This document shows positions 43,248 through 52,152 of a stretch of DNA of 64,000 nucleotides, piece after piece. Within the stretch, counting starts at the first letter, position 1. The number at the start of each line of letters is the position of its first letter. The notes beneath the pieces are model-generated. The model saw only the letters and a list, made by a program, of their open reading frames with translations. It was not told the DNA's origin and searched no databases. Position numbers and translations under genes: made by a program. Source of the stretch: Gemmatimonadota bacterium (lineage in GTDB: Bacteria > Gemmatimonadota > Gemmatimonadetes > Palauibacterales > Palauibacteraceae); the NCBI GenBank assembly GCA_046757485.1, contig JBHHYJ010000003.1, positions 14,866 through 78,865 of the forward strand, written 5' to 3'.

Positions 43248-44474
43248 TCAGATCACTCCCAACCGCTTGCCCACCGTGTCCAGCGCGTCCAGCGTGCGGT
43301 CCAGGTGCTCCCGATCATGTCCGGCCGAGACCTGGCACCGGATGCGCGCCTGCCCCTTCGGGACGACCGGGTACCCGAACCCGATCACGAACGCTCCCTC
43401 CTCCAGGAGCTGGGTGGAGAGGGAGATCGCCGTGGCCGTCTCGCCGACCACCACGGGGACGATCGGGGTCTCCCCCTCGATCGGCCGGTAGCCGAGGCGG
43501 GCGAGCTGCTCCCGGAAGTAGGCCGTGTTCTCGCGGAGCTTGGCCACGCGCTCCGGATGCGACTCGAGATGATCGATCGCCGCCAGGGCGCCGCACGCGG
43601 AGTGGGGTGGAATCGCGTTCGTGAAGAGCTGCGTGCGTGAGCGCTGGACCAGGTACTCCACGACCTCCCGGCTGCCGGCGGTGAAGCCACCCGCCATTCC
43701 CCCCAAGGCCTTTCCCAGGGTGGAGGTGACGACGTCCACCTCCCCGTGGATCCCGAAGTGCTCGGGCGTACCGCGGCCCGTTTCGCCCAGCACGCCCGTG
43801 GCGTGGGAGTCGTCGATCGCCATGACCGCGTCGTACCGGTCGCACAGGTGGCGAATCTCGACCAGCGGCGCGATCTCCCCCTCCATGCTGAAGATCCCGT
43901 CGGTGATGACGAACCGGTGCCGGGCGTTCCCGGACTCCTTCAGGGCGTCCTCCAGAGAGTCCATGTCCATGTGCCGGTAGATCCTCCGCCGGGCCTTGCA
44001 GAGACGAATCCCGTCGATGATGGAGGCATGGTTCAGCTCGTCGCTGATGATCGCGTCCTCCTCGGAGAGAAGCGGCGCGAACAGGCCCTCGTTGGCGTTC
44101 CAGCAGGAGGTGTACGTCAGGGAGGCGGGCATCTCCAGAAAGTCGGCGATCCGGTCCTCCAGCTGCCGGTGGATGTCGAACGTGCCGCAGATGAAGCGCA
44201 CCGACGAGGTGCCGGCTCCGTACCTGTCCACTCCCTCCCGGACGGCGCTCATGACGTCCGGCTCGTCACACAGCCCCAGATAGTTGTTCGAGCACAGGTT
44301 CACGACCTCGCCGTGCCCCTCCAGCTTCACCACGGCGGACTGGCGACCCAGGATGTGCTGGAGCTCCTTGTACACCCCGCGCTCGTGCATCTCCCGCAGC
44401 TCGGCGGCCAGTCTCTCCTGCAGCCCCCGGTTGCCGTCACGCGTCGCCACTTCGGATTCCTGATAGAGGGTCAT
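43248..44474 (-). CDS. kbl: glycine C-acetyltransferase (2-amino-3-ketobutyrate CoA ligase)
   Basis: Start at ATG 44474 (MTLYQESEV..). NNYLGL, PLP-lysine context TLGKALGG. Operon with tdh. Confidence 0.93.
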   Translation of the reverse strand: MTLYQESEVATRDGNRGLQERLAAELREMHERGVYKELQHILGRQSAVVKLEGHGEVVNLCSNNYLGLCDEPDVMSAVREGVDRYGAGTSSVRFICGTFDIHRQLEDRIADFLEMPASLTYTSCWNANEGLFAPLLSEEDAIISDELNHASIIDGIRLCKARRRIYRHMDMDSLEDALKESGNARHRFVITDGIFSMEGEIAPLVEIRHLCDRYDAVMAIDDSHATGVLGETGRGTPEHFGIHGEVDVVTSTLGKALGGMAGGFTAGSREVVEYLVQRSRTQLFTNAIPPHSACGALAAIDHLESHPERVAKLRENTAYFREQLARLGYRPIEGETPIVPVVVGETATAISLSTQLLEEGAFVIGFGYPVVPKGQARIRCQVSAGHDREHLDRTLDALDTVGKRLGVI

Positions 44475-44518
44475 CGTCTCGATTCCCGGCTGAAGTCTTC
44501 TCTTTCTTCGGCGACCTG

Positions 44519-45175
44519 TTACGGGTAGTACCTCGTGGCCTCCCTCTCCGTCACCCACGCCGTATCCACCCGGATGACGGGACGCGAGCCGTACCGGCTG
44601 CACAGGGTGAAGCCCGCCAACCGACCCTCCACGTGCACCACGCGGTCCGTCTCCTGCTGCGCGGCGATCGCGGCGGGCGCTCCGTGGAGCGCGAACGGGC
44701 GCTGGTTTCCCATCCAGCCGGGGCCAAAGAGCACACAGCCACCCGCGCCCTGCACCGTTCCGTCCCCCACGGCCCGCATCCGGGCGAAGCGCCCTGAGTC
44801 GACCGCGGTCAGCGTGCCGAAGGAGCGCCCGTCGGCGGTACGCACGGCGTACCGACCCGGGCGACGAAGCACCAGAGAGCGGGCCTCGTAGAAGCTCACG
44901 CGCTGCCTGGCGCACATCGCCCGAAACGTGCTGCGCCGGGCGGCCAGCTCGATGCTCGTGTCCGTCACCGCGAGCGTCGCCGTATCCAGCCGGCCGCAGG
45001 TGTTGTGCGCTACCGGTCCGGCGAACTCGAAGGAGAAGGCCTGACCGACGATCACGGTTTCCGGATACGCCGCCCACGTCACGAGCGCCGCTCCCGGCGT
45101 CGGCTCACCGATCCGCCAGCAGGCGGTCAGCAGGGCCGCCGTGCCGCACGCCGTCGCGCGGAGTGCCCGCCGCAT
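44519..45175 (-). CDS. hypothetical lipoprotein
   Basis: Start at ATG 45175, 2 nt after the tdh stop. Signal plus lipobox MRRALRATACGTAALLTAC. 218 aa with no recognisable domain. Confidence 0.55.
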   Translation of the reverse strand: MRRALRATACGTAALLTACWRIGEPTPGAALVTWAAYPETVIVGQAFSFEFAGPVAHNTCGRLDTATLAVTDTSIELAARRSTFRAMCARQRVSFYEARSLVLRRPGRYAVRTADGRSFGTLTAVDSGRFARMRAVGDGTVQGAGGCVLFGPGWMGNQRPFALHGAPAAIAAQQETDRVVHVEGRLAGFTLCSRYGSRPVIRVDTAWVTEREATRYYP

Positions 45176-45177
45176 GA

Positions 45178-46209
45178 TCAGGTCAGCGCGAGCACGACCT
45201 TCGCCGCCTCGCCGCTCCGCATCGCCGCGATGCCCTCCTCGAACCGCTCGAGCGGGAGGCGGTGGGTGATCACGGGCTCGACGTCCAGCAGGCCTGCCGC
45301 CAGGAAGTCGATCATGCGGATCCAGGTGGCGTACATCCGCCGGCCGACGACCCCGTACAGGTGAAGGCCCTTGAAGATGACGTCCCGGGCGAGATTGACC
45401 TCCACGGCGCCTTTCGGGAGGCCGAGAAGCCGCACGTGTCCCGCGTTGCGGCAGATCCGCAGGGCGGTCGTCACCCCGTCGGGGTGCCCGCTCATCTCGC
45501 ACACGACGTCGGCACCGTATCCGCCGGTCATCTCCCGAACCGCCTTCTCCGCATCCTCGCTCGCCGGATCCAGGGTTAGATCGGCGCCCATGCGCCGGGC
45601 GATCGCCAGGCGGTCCCCGTGGGGTTCCACGGCGACCACGGCCGCCGCCCCCGCCGCCTTGGCGATCCCGACCGCGAACAGACCGATCGGTCCGCAGCCG
45701 ACCACCGCCACCGTCTTTCCCGCCACGTCCGTGTGCAGGACGGTGTGGAACGCGTTGCCCAGAGGGTCGAAGACGGCGGCGTGATCGTTGGAGATGGTGT
45801 CCGGGATCGGGACGAGGTTCGAGGCGGGCAGGGCCACGTAGTCGGCGAAGGCGCCGTCGCGATCGATTCCCACGATCTCCGTCCGCGGGCAGACGTGGGC
45901 GCTGCCCGTTCGGCACAGCTCGCAGTGACCGCAGGACACGTGTCCCTCCGCGGCGACCCGATCCCCCCGCGCCACGTTGTCGACGAGCTCTCCCAGCTCC
46001 ACGACCTCTCCCACGAACTCGTGGCCGAGGACGAGAGGGGGAGTGATCCGGTTGCGGGACCAGGTGTCCCACTCGTAGATGTGCAGGTCGGTGCCGCAGA
46101 TGCCCGCCCGGGTCACCCGTACCAGCACCTCGTCCGCCTGAATCCCGGGCCTCTCGACCTCCCCCAGCTCCAGCCCCACTCCCGGCGCGGTCTTGCGGAT
46201 CGCCCTCAT
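45178..46209 (-). CDS. tdh: L-threonine 3-dehydrogenase
   Basis: Zn-ADH motifs ICGTDLHIYEWD and GHEFVGEVV, structural-zinc Cys cluster CGHCELCRTG. 343 aa. Confidence 0.93.
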   Translation of the reverse strand: MRAIRKTAPGVGLELGEVERPGIQADEVLVRVTRAGICGTDLHIYEWDTWSRNRITPPLVLGHEFVGEVVELGELVDNVARGDRVAAEGHVSCGHCELCRTGSAHVCPRTEIVGIDRDGAFADYVALPASNLVPIPDTISNDHAAVFDPLGNAFHTVLHTDVAGKTVAVVGCGPIGLFAVGIAKAAGAAAVVAVEPHGDRLAIARRMGADLTLDPASEDAEKAVREMTGGYGADVVCEMSGHPDGVTTALRICRNAGHVRLLGLPKGAVEVNLARDVIFKGLHLYGVVGRRMYATWIRMIDFLAAGLLDVEPVITHRLPLERFEEGIAAMRSGEAAKVVLALT

Positions 46210-46472
46210 CGTTCGGGCAGCGACATGGCTCGTCCATTCCGGTAGCCGTACGGCGAGTCGGAGCGTTCCCGTGCGATGTGTCGGAGCCGCCCCGGCGGCG
46301 AACGGCCGTGAAATGTGCCCGGCCTCACGTGGCCCGGCAAGCCGCCGGCTGCCCGGCCGGGCAGACCGCCGCAGGAGGAACCTGCCGGCGACCGACCCCT
46401 ACTAAGAGGTGGCCCGCGCGGGGGGAGGGAACCGGACCGGGTGGAGCCTCGGAGGGGGGCTGAGCGGGTCAG

Positions 46473-47180
46473 ATGATCGGGGGTGCCGTGGGAGCCAGTG
46501 CGGACAGCGTCGCCGCGGAGCGTCTCCCTCCGGGAGGGAAGCCGCGCCCTCGCGGCGACCGGCTGTACAGTCGGCCCCTGGGGTGGGGCATCCTGCTCTC
46601 GGCCCTGGTCCATGCCGCGGCGTTCCTCCTGTGGCGGGCCCCGCTGCCCTCTCCCCAGGCAGGGGAGGGCGCCTCGCGGCTCACGGCGCCGGAGCCGGTG
46701 CGCGCCGGCTCGTTGATCGGCGTGCGGCTGAAGGTGGAGAGACTCGAGATCCCGCCTCCCCCGCGCTCTCCTGTCGAGCTGGAGGAGCCGCGGGTGGCAT
46801 ACCTTGCCCACCGCCCCGTGGTCGCGGAACCGCTGCTCGCAGCGCCGGAGTCGCGTTCCGTCGGGCTCGGCACCCTGGACGGAGGGGCGGCCGACAGGCT
46901 CGGCAAGCGAGGCGCGTCCACTGGTCTCGTCTCTCCCACGCCCCGGGCCGTCTTCCCCGAATGGGATCCGCCCCCGGCGATCCGCGGCACTCAGGTCCGA
47001 GTCCGCATCCTGGTGGATCGCGAAGGCATTCCGACCGGCAGGATAGAGCTGTTGCCGCCGACCGCGGACGCCGCTTTCAACCGGCGCCTGCTCGAGAAGG
47101 TGAGACGCATGGAGTTCCATGCGGGTCGCATCGACGGCGTTCCGGTGGAGGCCTGGGCCGAGCTGGTCTTCGTCTTTTAG
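46473..47180 (+). CDS. TonB-family energy-transducer-like protein
   Basis: N-terminal TM WGILLSALVHAAAFLLW, Pro-rich spacer, and a C-terminal TonB_C-like region (VRVRILVDREGIPTGRIELL..AFNRRLLEKVRRMEFHAG). Confidence 0.65.
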   Translation: MIGGAVGASADSVAAERLPPGGKPRPRGDRLYSRPLGWGILLSALVHAAAFLLWRAPLPSPQAGEGASRLTAPEPVRAGSLIGVRLKVERLEIPPPPRSPVELEEPRVAYLAHRPVVAEPLLAAPESRSVGLGTLDGGAADRLGKRGASTGLVSPTPRAVFPEWDPPPAIRGTQVRVRILVDREGIPTGRIELLPPTADAAFNRRLLEKVRRMEFHAGRIDGVPVEAWAELVFVF

Positions 47181-47187
47181 AAAGCCT

Positions 47188-47802
47188 CTAGTTCGGGGGC
47201 GACGCCTCCGGCGCCAGGCGCCCCCGCCCCAGCCAGCGGAGAGCGAAGACCTCGCAGTGAGGCGCCGCGACCCGGTGGTACTCGGCCAGGGGGGCGTTCC
47301 TCGCCGTCAGCCACAGGACCCGAATGAGGGCCAGATGACTGACGATGACGGCCGGTGCCTCATCGGCCGCGAGCTGGGCGTGTCCGATCTGGTCCAACGC
47401 CTGCACGGCGCGCTCCGCCAGCCCCGCGAGTGATTCGCGACCCTCCAGACGGAACGCCGCCGGCTCCTCTCGCCAGCGACGGTAATCGCCAGGCCATCCC
47501 TTCTCCACCTCCGCCTCGGTGAAGCCCCGCCACGGGCCGATCTCGATCTCGTGCAGGTCATGAACCGTCCGAACCTCGGCCTCCCACGCGTCGGCCAGGA
47601 GCTCGGCCGTCTCGACCGCCCGGCGCACGGGGCTGGAGTAGACGTGACGGATGCCGTGTGAAGCCAGCCGGTCGCCGAGCGCCCGCGCCTGGCCCCGGCC
47701 GGTCTCGTTCAGAGAGTCGTCGCTCCAGCCGGCGTAGCGGCGCTCCACGTTCGCATCCGTCTGAGCGTGTCGGACCAGGTACAGCAGCGGCGTCTCGGCC
47801 AT
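47188..47802 (-). CDS. histidine phosphatase family protein (phosphoglycerate-mutase-like / CobC-like)
   Basis: Start at ATG 47802. LYLVRHAQTDAN (RHG-type motif) and downstream SHLALIR His motif. Confidence 0.85.
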   Translation of the reverse strand: MAETPLLYLVRHAQTDANVERRYAGWSDDSLNETGRGQARALGDRLASHGIRHVYSSPVRRAVETAELLADAWEAEVRTVHDLHEIEIGPWRGFTEAEVEKGWPGDYRRWREEPAAFRLEGRESLAGLAERAVQALDQIGHAQLAADEAPAVIVSHLALIRVLWLTARNAPLAEYHRVAAPHCEVFALRWLGRGRLAPEASPPN

Positions 47803-47925
47803 CCTCTTCCGTTCGGACCGCGGGTCTCCGCTCGTCACCCGTTCGTCGGGAGAGAGAGTATACCGGCCCCGTGCCCGATCAGGGAGACCGCCGGTTGAGA
47901 GGCGGTTGACCGGCGGGAGCAACCT

Positions 47926-48639
47926 GTGCGGAAGAGACGGATGCCGAGGGAGATCGTGTGGGAGCTGAACCGTGTCGAGCGTCGGGCCCTGCTGCTGGCC
48001 TCGATGCTGATCACCGCGGGGGCCGGAGTTCGCACTGCCGTGGGGCCGGGAGCGATCGACTTTGCGTGGCGGCCCGCCCCGAGCGAGCCGACAGCGCCCC
48101 CGAGCGCGGCGGAGGTACGGGCCCGAGTGGAGGAGGAGGTGGCTCGTGAGGAAGAGGCTTCGCGCCCTCTGTCCGGCGGGGAGAAGCTGGATCCGAACTC
48201 CGCTCCGGAGGAGCAGCTCCGCCGCCTGTCCGGGATCGGAAGCGTCCGGGCCCGGGCGATCGTGCAAGCTCGGCAGGCGGAGCCGTTTCGCGCTGCGAGG
48301 GACCTTCTTCGCGTGCCGGGGATCGGCGAGGCCACTCTGGCGCGCATCGCTCCGCACCTGATCTTCGGGGGACCGGGGCCGCGCGGGGTCGTGACCCCGC
48401 CCCCGGCCGGCCGAGGGACGACAGGAGATCCCGGGCCACGGCTCCGAGTGAACGTCAATCAGGCGTCGGCGGAGGAGCTGACGCGCCTGCCGTGGATCGG
48501 CCCGACCCGCGCTCGGGAGCTGCTGGAGACGCGCCGTCGCCTCGGACGATTCCGCTCCGTTGACGAGCTGATCGAGGTGCGCGGAATCGGTCCCCTCATT
48601 CTCGAGCGGCTCCGACCGTACGTGTACGCGGGCTCGTAG
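47926..48639 (+). CDS. comEA: ComEA-family DNA-binding protein with two helix-hairpin-helix modules
   Basis: N-terminal TM. Two copies of the ComEA HhH module (LDPNSAPEEQLRRLSGIGSVRARAIV..; VNVNQASAEELTRLPWIGPTRARELL..VRGIGPLILERL). Start is GTG 47926 or ATG 47941. Confidence 0.8.
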   Translation: MRKRRMPREIVWELNRVERRALLLASMLITAGAGVRTAVGPGAIDFAWRPAPSEPTAPPSAAEVRARVEEEVAREEEASRPLSGGEKLDPNSAPEEQLRRLSGIGSVRARAIVQARQAEPFRAARDLLRVPGIGEATLARIAPHLIFGGPGPRGVVTPPPAGRGTTGDPGPRLRVNVNQASAEELTRLPWIGPTRARELLETRRRLGRFRSVDELIEVRGIGPLILERLRPYVYAGS

Positions 48640-48895
48640 CCGCTCCGCAGAACGCAAGGCTCTCTCGGCATATCGCAAGAACCGCCGTCTCACGGGGGAG
48701 CGGGCCAGCGCCCGGACGGAGCTGCGGACAGGCGGTTCCGGGCCCGCAGGAAGCCCGCCGCGGGGGGAAAGGCACGGTGGACGCAGCCGAAGGAGACGCG
48801 CGGGCGGGAAGCCCGCAAATGGCCTTCAGATGGCATGTTTCTTGACCGCTCGGCCCCGAGCAGCTCACGACTACCGCGGACGGGGGACGGTCGTT

Positions 48896-50668
48896 TTGAG
48901 TCAATCGTCACAGACAGCTTCTGCCACCGCAGCGCCGCTCGAGCTCTCGGGATGGACGGACCTGTCCCTCGCCGAGCGCAAGGCGGTGGAGCGCCTCCGG
49001 GAGGCCGGGCTCCTCACGCAGGAGGGGCTCGAGAAGGCCGTGCACGAGCACCGCCAGACCGGAATGAGCCTTCCGTTCGTGCTCGTCTCGACCGATCTCG
49101 TGCCGGAGGCCGAGCTCACGGCCGTCCTCTCGGAGCTGTACGGCGTTCCGGCCGTGGACCTGTCCACCATGGCGCTGGACCCGAAGATCCTGAATCTGAT
49201 CCCGGTCGACTTCGCCTCGAAGCACCTGGTCCTTCCCCTGAAGCGGGTCGGCCGGACGCTGACCGCCGCCATGGCCGATCCTACCGACCTGAACGTGGTC
49301 GACGACCTGAAGTTCATCACCCGCTTCGACATCGATGCCGTGCTGGCCGGGGAGTTCTCGCTCCGCACGGCGATCGACCGGTACTACGAAGTCGCGACGG
49401 CGAAGCTCGGAGAACTGCTGGAGGAGCTGGAGGAGCAGGAGATCGAGCTCGTCGAGGAGGAGGAGGAAGAGGACCTCTCCGCGGCGGCGCTCCGGGCACA
49501 GGTGGAGGACGCGCCGGTCGTCAAGCTGATCAACGGCGTCCTCACGGACGCGGTGCGGCGCGGGGCCTCCGACATCCACGTGGAGCCGTACGAGAAGGAT
49601 CTCCGCATTCGCTACCGGATCGATGGGGCCCTGCTCGAGATCATGCGGCCCCCCGTGCGGATGAAGGCGGCCCTCATCTCCCGGATCAAGATCCTCGCCG
49701 ACCTGAACATCGCCGAGCGGCGGATCCCGCAGGACGGCCGGATCAAGATGAAGATCGGGAAGAGGGTGATCGACTTCCGGGTCTCCACCCTGCCCGTCCT
49801 CTTCGGAGAGAAGATCGTTCTTCGGATCCTCGACAAGGGCAACCTCCGGATGGATCTGGAGACGTTCGGGATGGAGTCCCGGGCGGAGAAGGAGTTTCTC
49901 CGGGCGATCGCCAACCCGTACGGCATGGTGCTGGTGACCGGGCCGACCGGGTCGGGGAAGACGACCACCCTGTACGCCGCCCTGAATCGGATCAACCTGG
50001 AGGACGTCAACATCATGACCGCGGAGGACCCGGTCGAGTACAACCTGCACGGGATCAACCAGGTGCAGGTGCGGCCGGAGATCGGGCTCACCTTCGCCTC
50101 CGCTCTCAGGGCGTTTCTGAGGCAGGATCCGAACGTGATCATGGTGGGAGAGGTCCGGGATCTGGAGACGGCGGGGATCGCCGTGAAGGCGGCCCTGACC
50201 GGACACCTGGTGCTCTCCACCCTGCACACGAACGACGCCGCCTCCACGATCACCCGCCTGGTGGACATGGGGGTGGAGCCGTTCAACGTCTCGGCGGCCG
50301 TGAACCTGATCACCGCCCAGCGCCTCGTGCGCCGCATCTGCAACAACTGCAAGGCGGAAGCGACGTACCTCCCGGAGGCCCTGGAAGCGGCCGGAATCCC
50401 GTCGGATGAGCTGGCCGACTACAACTTTTACAAGGGCGAGGGGTGCGACGCCTGCAGCGGCTCGGGGTACTCCGGCCGCCAGGGCCTGTACGAGGTCCTC
50501 CCCCTCTCCAGCGAGATTCGGCGCCAGGTGCTTCAGGGGGAGTCGGCAGACGAGCTCAAGGCCCAAGCGATCGCCGAAGGAATGCTCACCCTGCGGGACG
50601 ATGGCCTCCAGAAGGTGAAGCGGGGGGTGACGACCCTGGACGAGGTGCTCAAGGAGACGTCGCTCTGA
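48896..50668 (+). CDS. pilB: type IV pilus assembly ATPase PilB (GspE family)
   Basis: N-terminal T2SSE_N-type domain, Walker A GPTGSGKTT, Asp/His boxes, tetracysteine CNNC..CDAC. The start is ambiguous (ATG 48830, TTG 48896 or GTG 48986); GC3 is low before about 48900. Confidence 0.93.
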   Translation: MSQSSQTASATAAPLELSGWTDLSLAERKAVERLREAGLLTQEGLEKAVHEHRQTGMSLPFVLVSTDLVPEAELTAVLSELYGVPAVDLSTMALDPKILNLIPVDFASKHLVLPLKRVGRTLTAAMADPTDLNVVDDLKFITRFDIDAVLAGEFSLRTAIDRYYEVATAKLGELLEELEEQEIELVEEEEEEDLSAAALRAQVEDAPVVKLINGVLTDAVRRGASDIHVEPYEKDLRIRYRIDGALLEIMRPPVRMKAALISRIKILADLNIAERRIPQDGRIKMKIGKRVIDFRVSTLPVLFGEKIVLRILDKGNLRMDLETFGMESRAEKEFLRAIANPYGMVLVTGPTGSGKTTTLYAALNRINLEDVNIMTAEDPVEYNLHGINQVQVRPEIGLTFASALRAFLRQDPNVIMVGEVRDLETAGIAVKAALTGHLVLSTLHTNDAASTITRLVDMGVEPFNVSAAVNLITAQRLVRRICNNCKAEATYLPEALEAAGIPSDELADYNFYKGEGCDACSGSGYSGRQGLYEVLPLSSEIRRQVLQGESADELKAQAIAEGMLTLRDDGLQKVKRGVTTLDEVLKETSL

Positions 50669-50727
50669 GCGCGGACGCGGCCCCGTAGGCGACGACGGCT
50701 CGAACGAGAGAGAAGAACGGAGAACCG

Positions 50728-51831
50728 ATGGAACACCATACGCCGATCAGCCTGAGGCTCCTCCTGGACGAGATGATCGACAAGGAGGCGTCCGATCTGC
50801 ACCTGACGGTGGGCGAGCGGCCGACGCTCCGCATCGACGGCCGGCTGATCCCCAGCTCGGTGGAGCAGTCGCTGACCCCGAAGGACTCGATGGCCCTGGC
50901 GTACAGCGTGCTGACCGAGCAGCAAAAGAAGCGGTTCGAGCAGGAGCGGGAGCTCGACTTCTCCTTCAGCATCGAGGGGGTCTCCCGCTTCCGGGCGAAC
51001 ATCTACCGGCAGCGGGGAAGCATCGGCAGTGCGATCCGAGCGATTCCGTACAAGATCCTCAGCTTCGAGGAGCTGGGGCTCCCCCCGGTGATCGAGCGCT
51101 TCGCGGAGAAGCCCCGGGGGCTCATCCTGGTGACGGGCCCGACGGGATCCGGGAAGTCCACGACCCTCGCCGCGATGATCGACAAGGTGAACCGGGAGCG
51201 GCGGGGCCACATCATCACGATCGAGGACCCGATCGAGTTCGTGCACGATCACAAGAACTGCCTCGTGAACCAGCGCGAGGTGGGGAGCGACACGGCGAGC
51301 TTCCCCTCCGCCCTGAAGTACGTGCTCCGTCAGGATCCCGACGTGATCCTCATCGGCGAGATGCGGGATCTGGAGACGATCCAGGCGGCCCTCACGATCG
51401 CCGAGACGGGCCACCTGGCGTTCGCCACCCTGCACACGAACTCGGCGGCGGAGAGCATCAACCGGGTGATCGACGTCTTTCCGGCCCACCAGCAGCAGCA
51501 GGTGCGCGCCCAGCTCGCGTTCGTCCTCGAGGGGGTGGTGACCCAGACGCTGCTTCCCAGAGCGAGCGGCAAGGGCCGCATCGTGGCGTGCGAGGTCCTC
51601 TCCGTGACGCCGGCCGTCCGGGCGCTCATCCGGGAGGACAAGGTCCACCAGATCTACTCCGCCATGCAGGCGGGGAAGAAGTTCGGCATGCAGACGCTGA
51701 ACGACGCCCTCTACCAGCTTTACATGCAGCGCCAGGTGGAGGGGGACGAGTGCCTCCGCGTGAGCCCGGATCCGGCGGAGCTGAAGCGGATGATGGGCGC
51801 CGGCCGGGGGTTGGCGGCCGCGGCAGGCTGA
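50728..51831 (+). CDS. pilT: twitching-motility retraction ATPase PilT
   Basis: EASDLHLTVGERPTLRIDGRL, GPTGSGKST, and LRQDPDVILIGEMRDLETI are typical of PilT. 367 aa. Confidence 0.93.
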   Translation: MEHHTPISLRLLLDEMIDKEASDLHLTVGERPTLRIDGRLIPSSVEQSLTPKDSMALAYSVLTEQQKKRFEQERELDFSFSIEGVSRFRANIYRQRGSIGSAIRAIPYKILSFEELGLPPVIERFAEKPRGLILVTGPTGSGKSTTLAAMIDKVNRERRGHIITIEDPIEFVHDHKNCLVNQREVGSDTASFPSALKYVLRQDPDVILIGEMRDLETIQAALTIAETGHLAFATLHTNSAAESINRVIDVFPAHQQQQVRAQLAFVLEGVVTQTLLPRASGKGRIVACEVLSVTPAVRALIREDKVHQIYSAMQAGKKFGMQTLNDALYQLYMQRQVEGDECLRVSPDPAELKRMMGAGRGLAAAAG

Positions 51832-52152
51832 CGCGGGACCTCCGGGGCCGCTCGCGAATCGCGGCACGGCTTGCGTTTCGCGCCGTGTCCGGGAAGCCGA
51901 GAGCGCTGCCTCCGGTGAAGGGAAGTACGGGAACGACAGTGTCTTTCAGAGAGTTGCAGGCGGATCCCGGGCTCCGGTACCGCGCTTGCGCCCCCACCCG
52001 GCGGGAAGCGGGGGTCCGGATTCGCCGATGGGTGGATCGGGCCTCGAGCGGAGGGCTGGTCGCCGGCGGGTCGATGGGGTGAGGAGGATGGGAGCCGGCC
52101 GCCAGCCCTCGCTTTCTGGAGCGGACAGAACCTCTCTCGCGGAGTAGCGGAA

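Noticed and set aside
48830-48895. ATG 48830 as the pilB start.
   Set aside because: Codons 48830-48895 have clearly lower third-position GC than the rest of the gene, and they add residues not seen in the PilB N-terminal domain. TTG 48896 or GTG 48986 is more consistent, but this is unresolved without N-terminal data.
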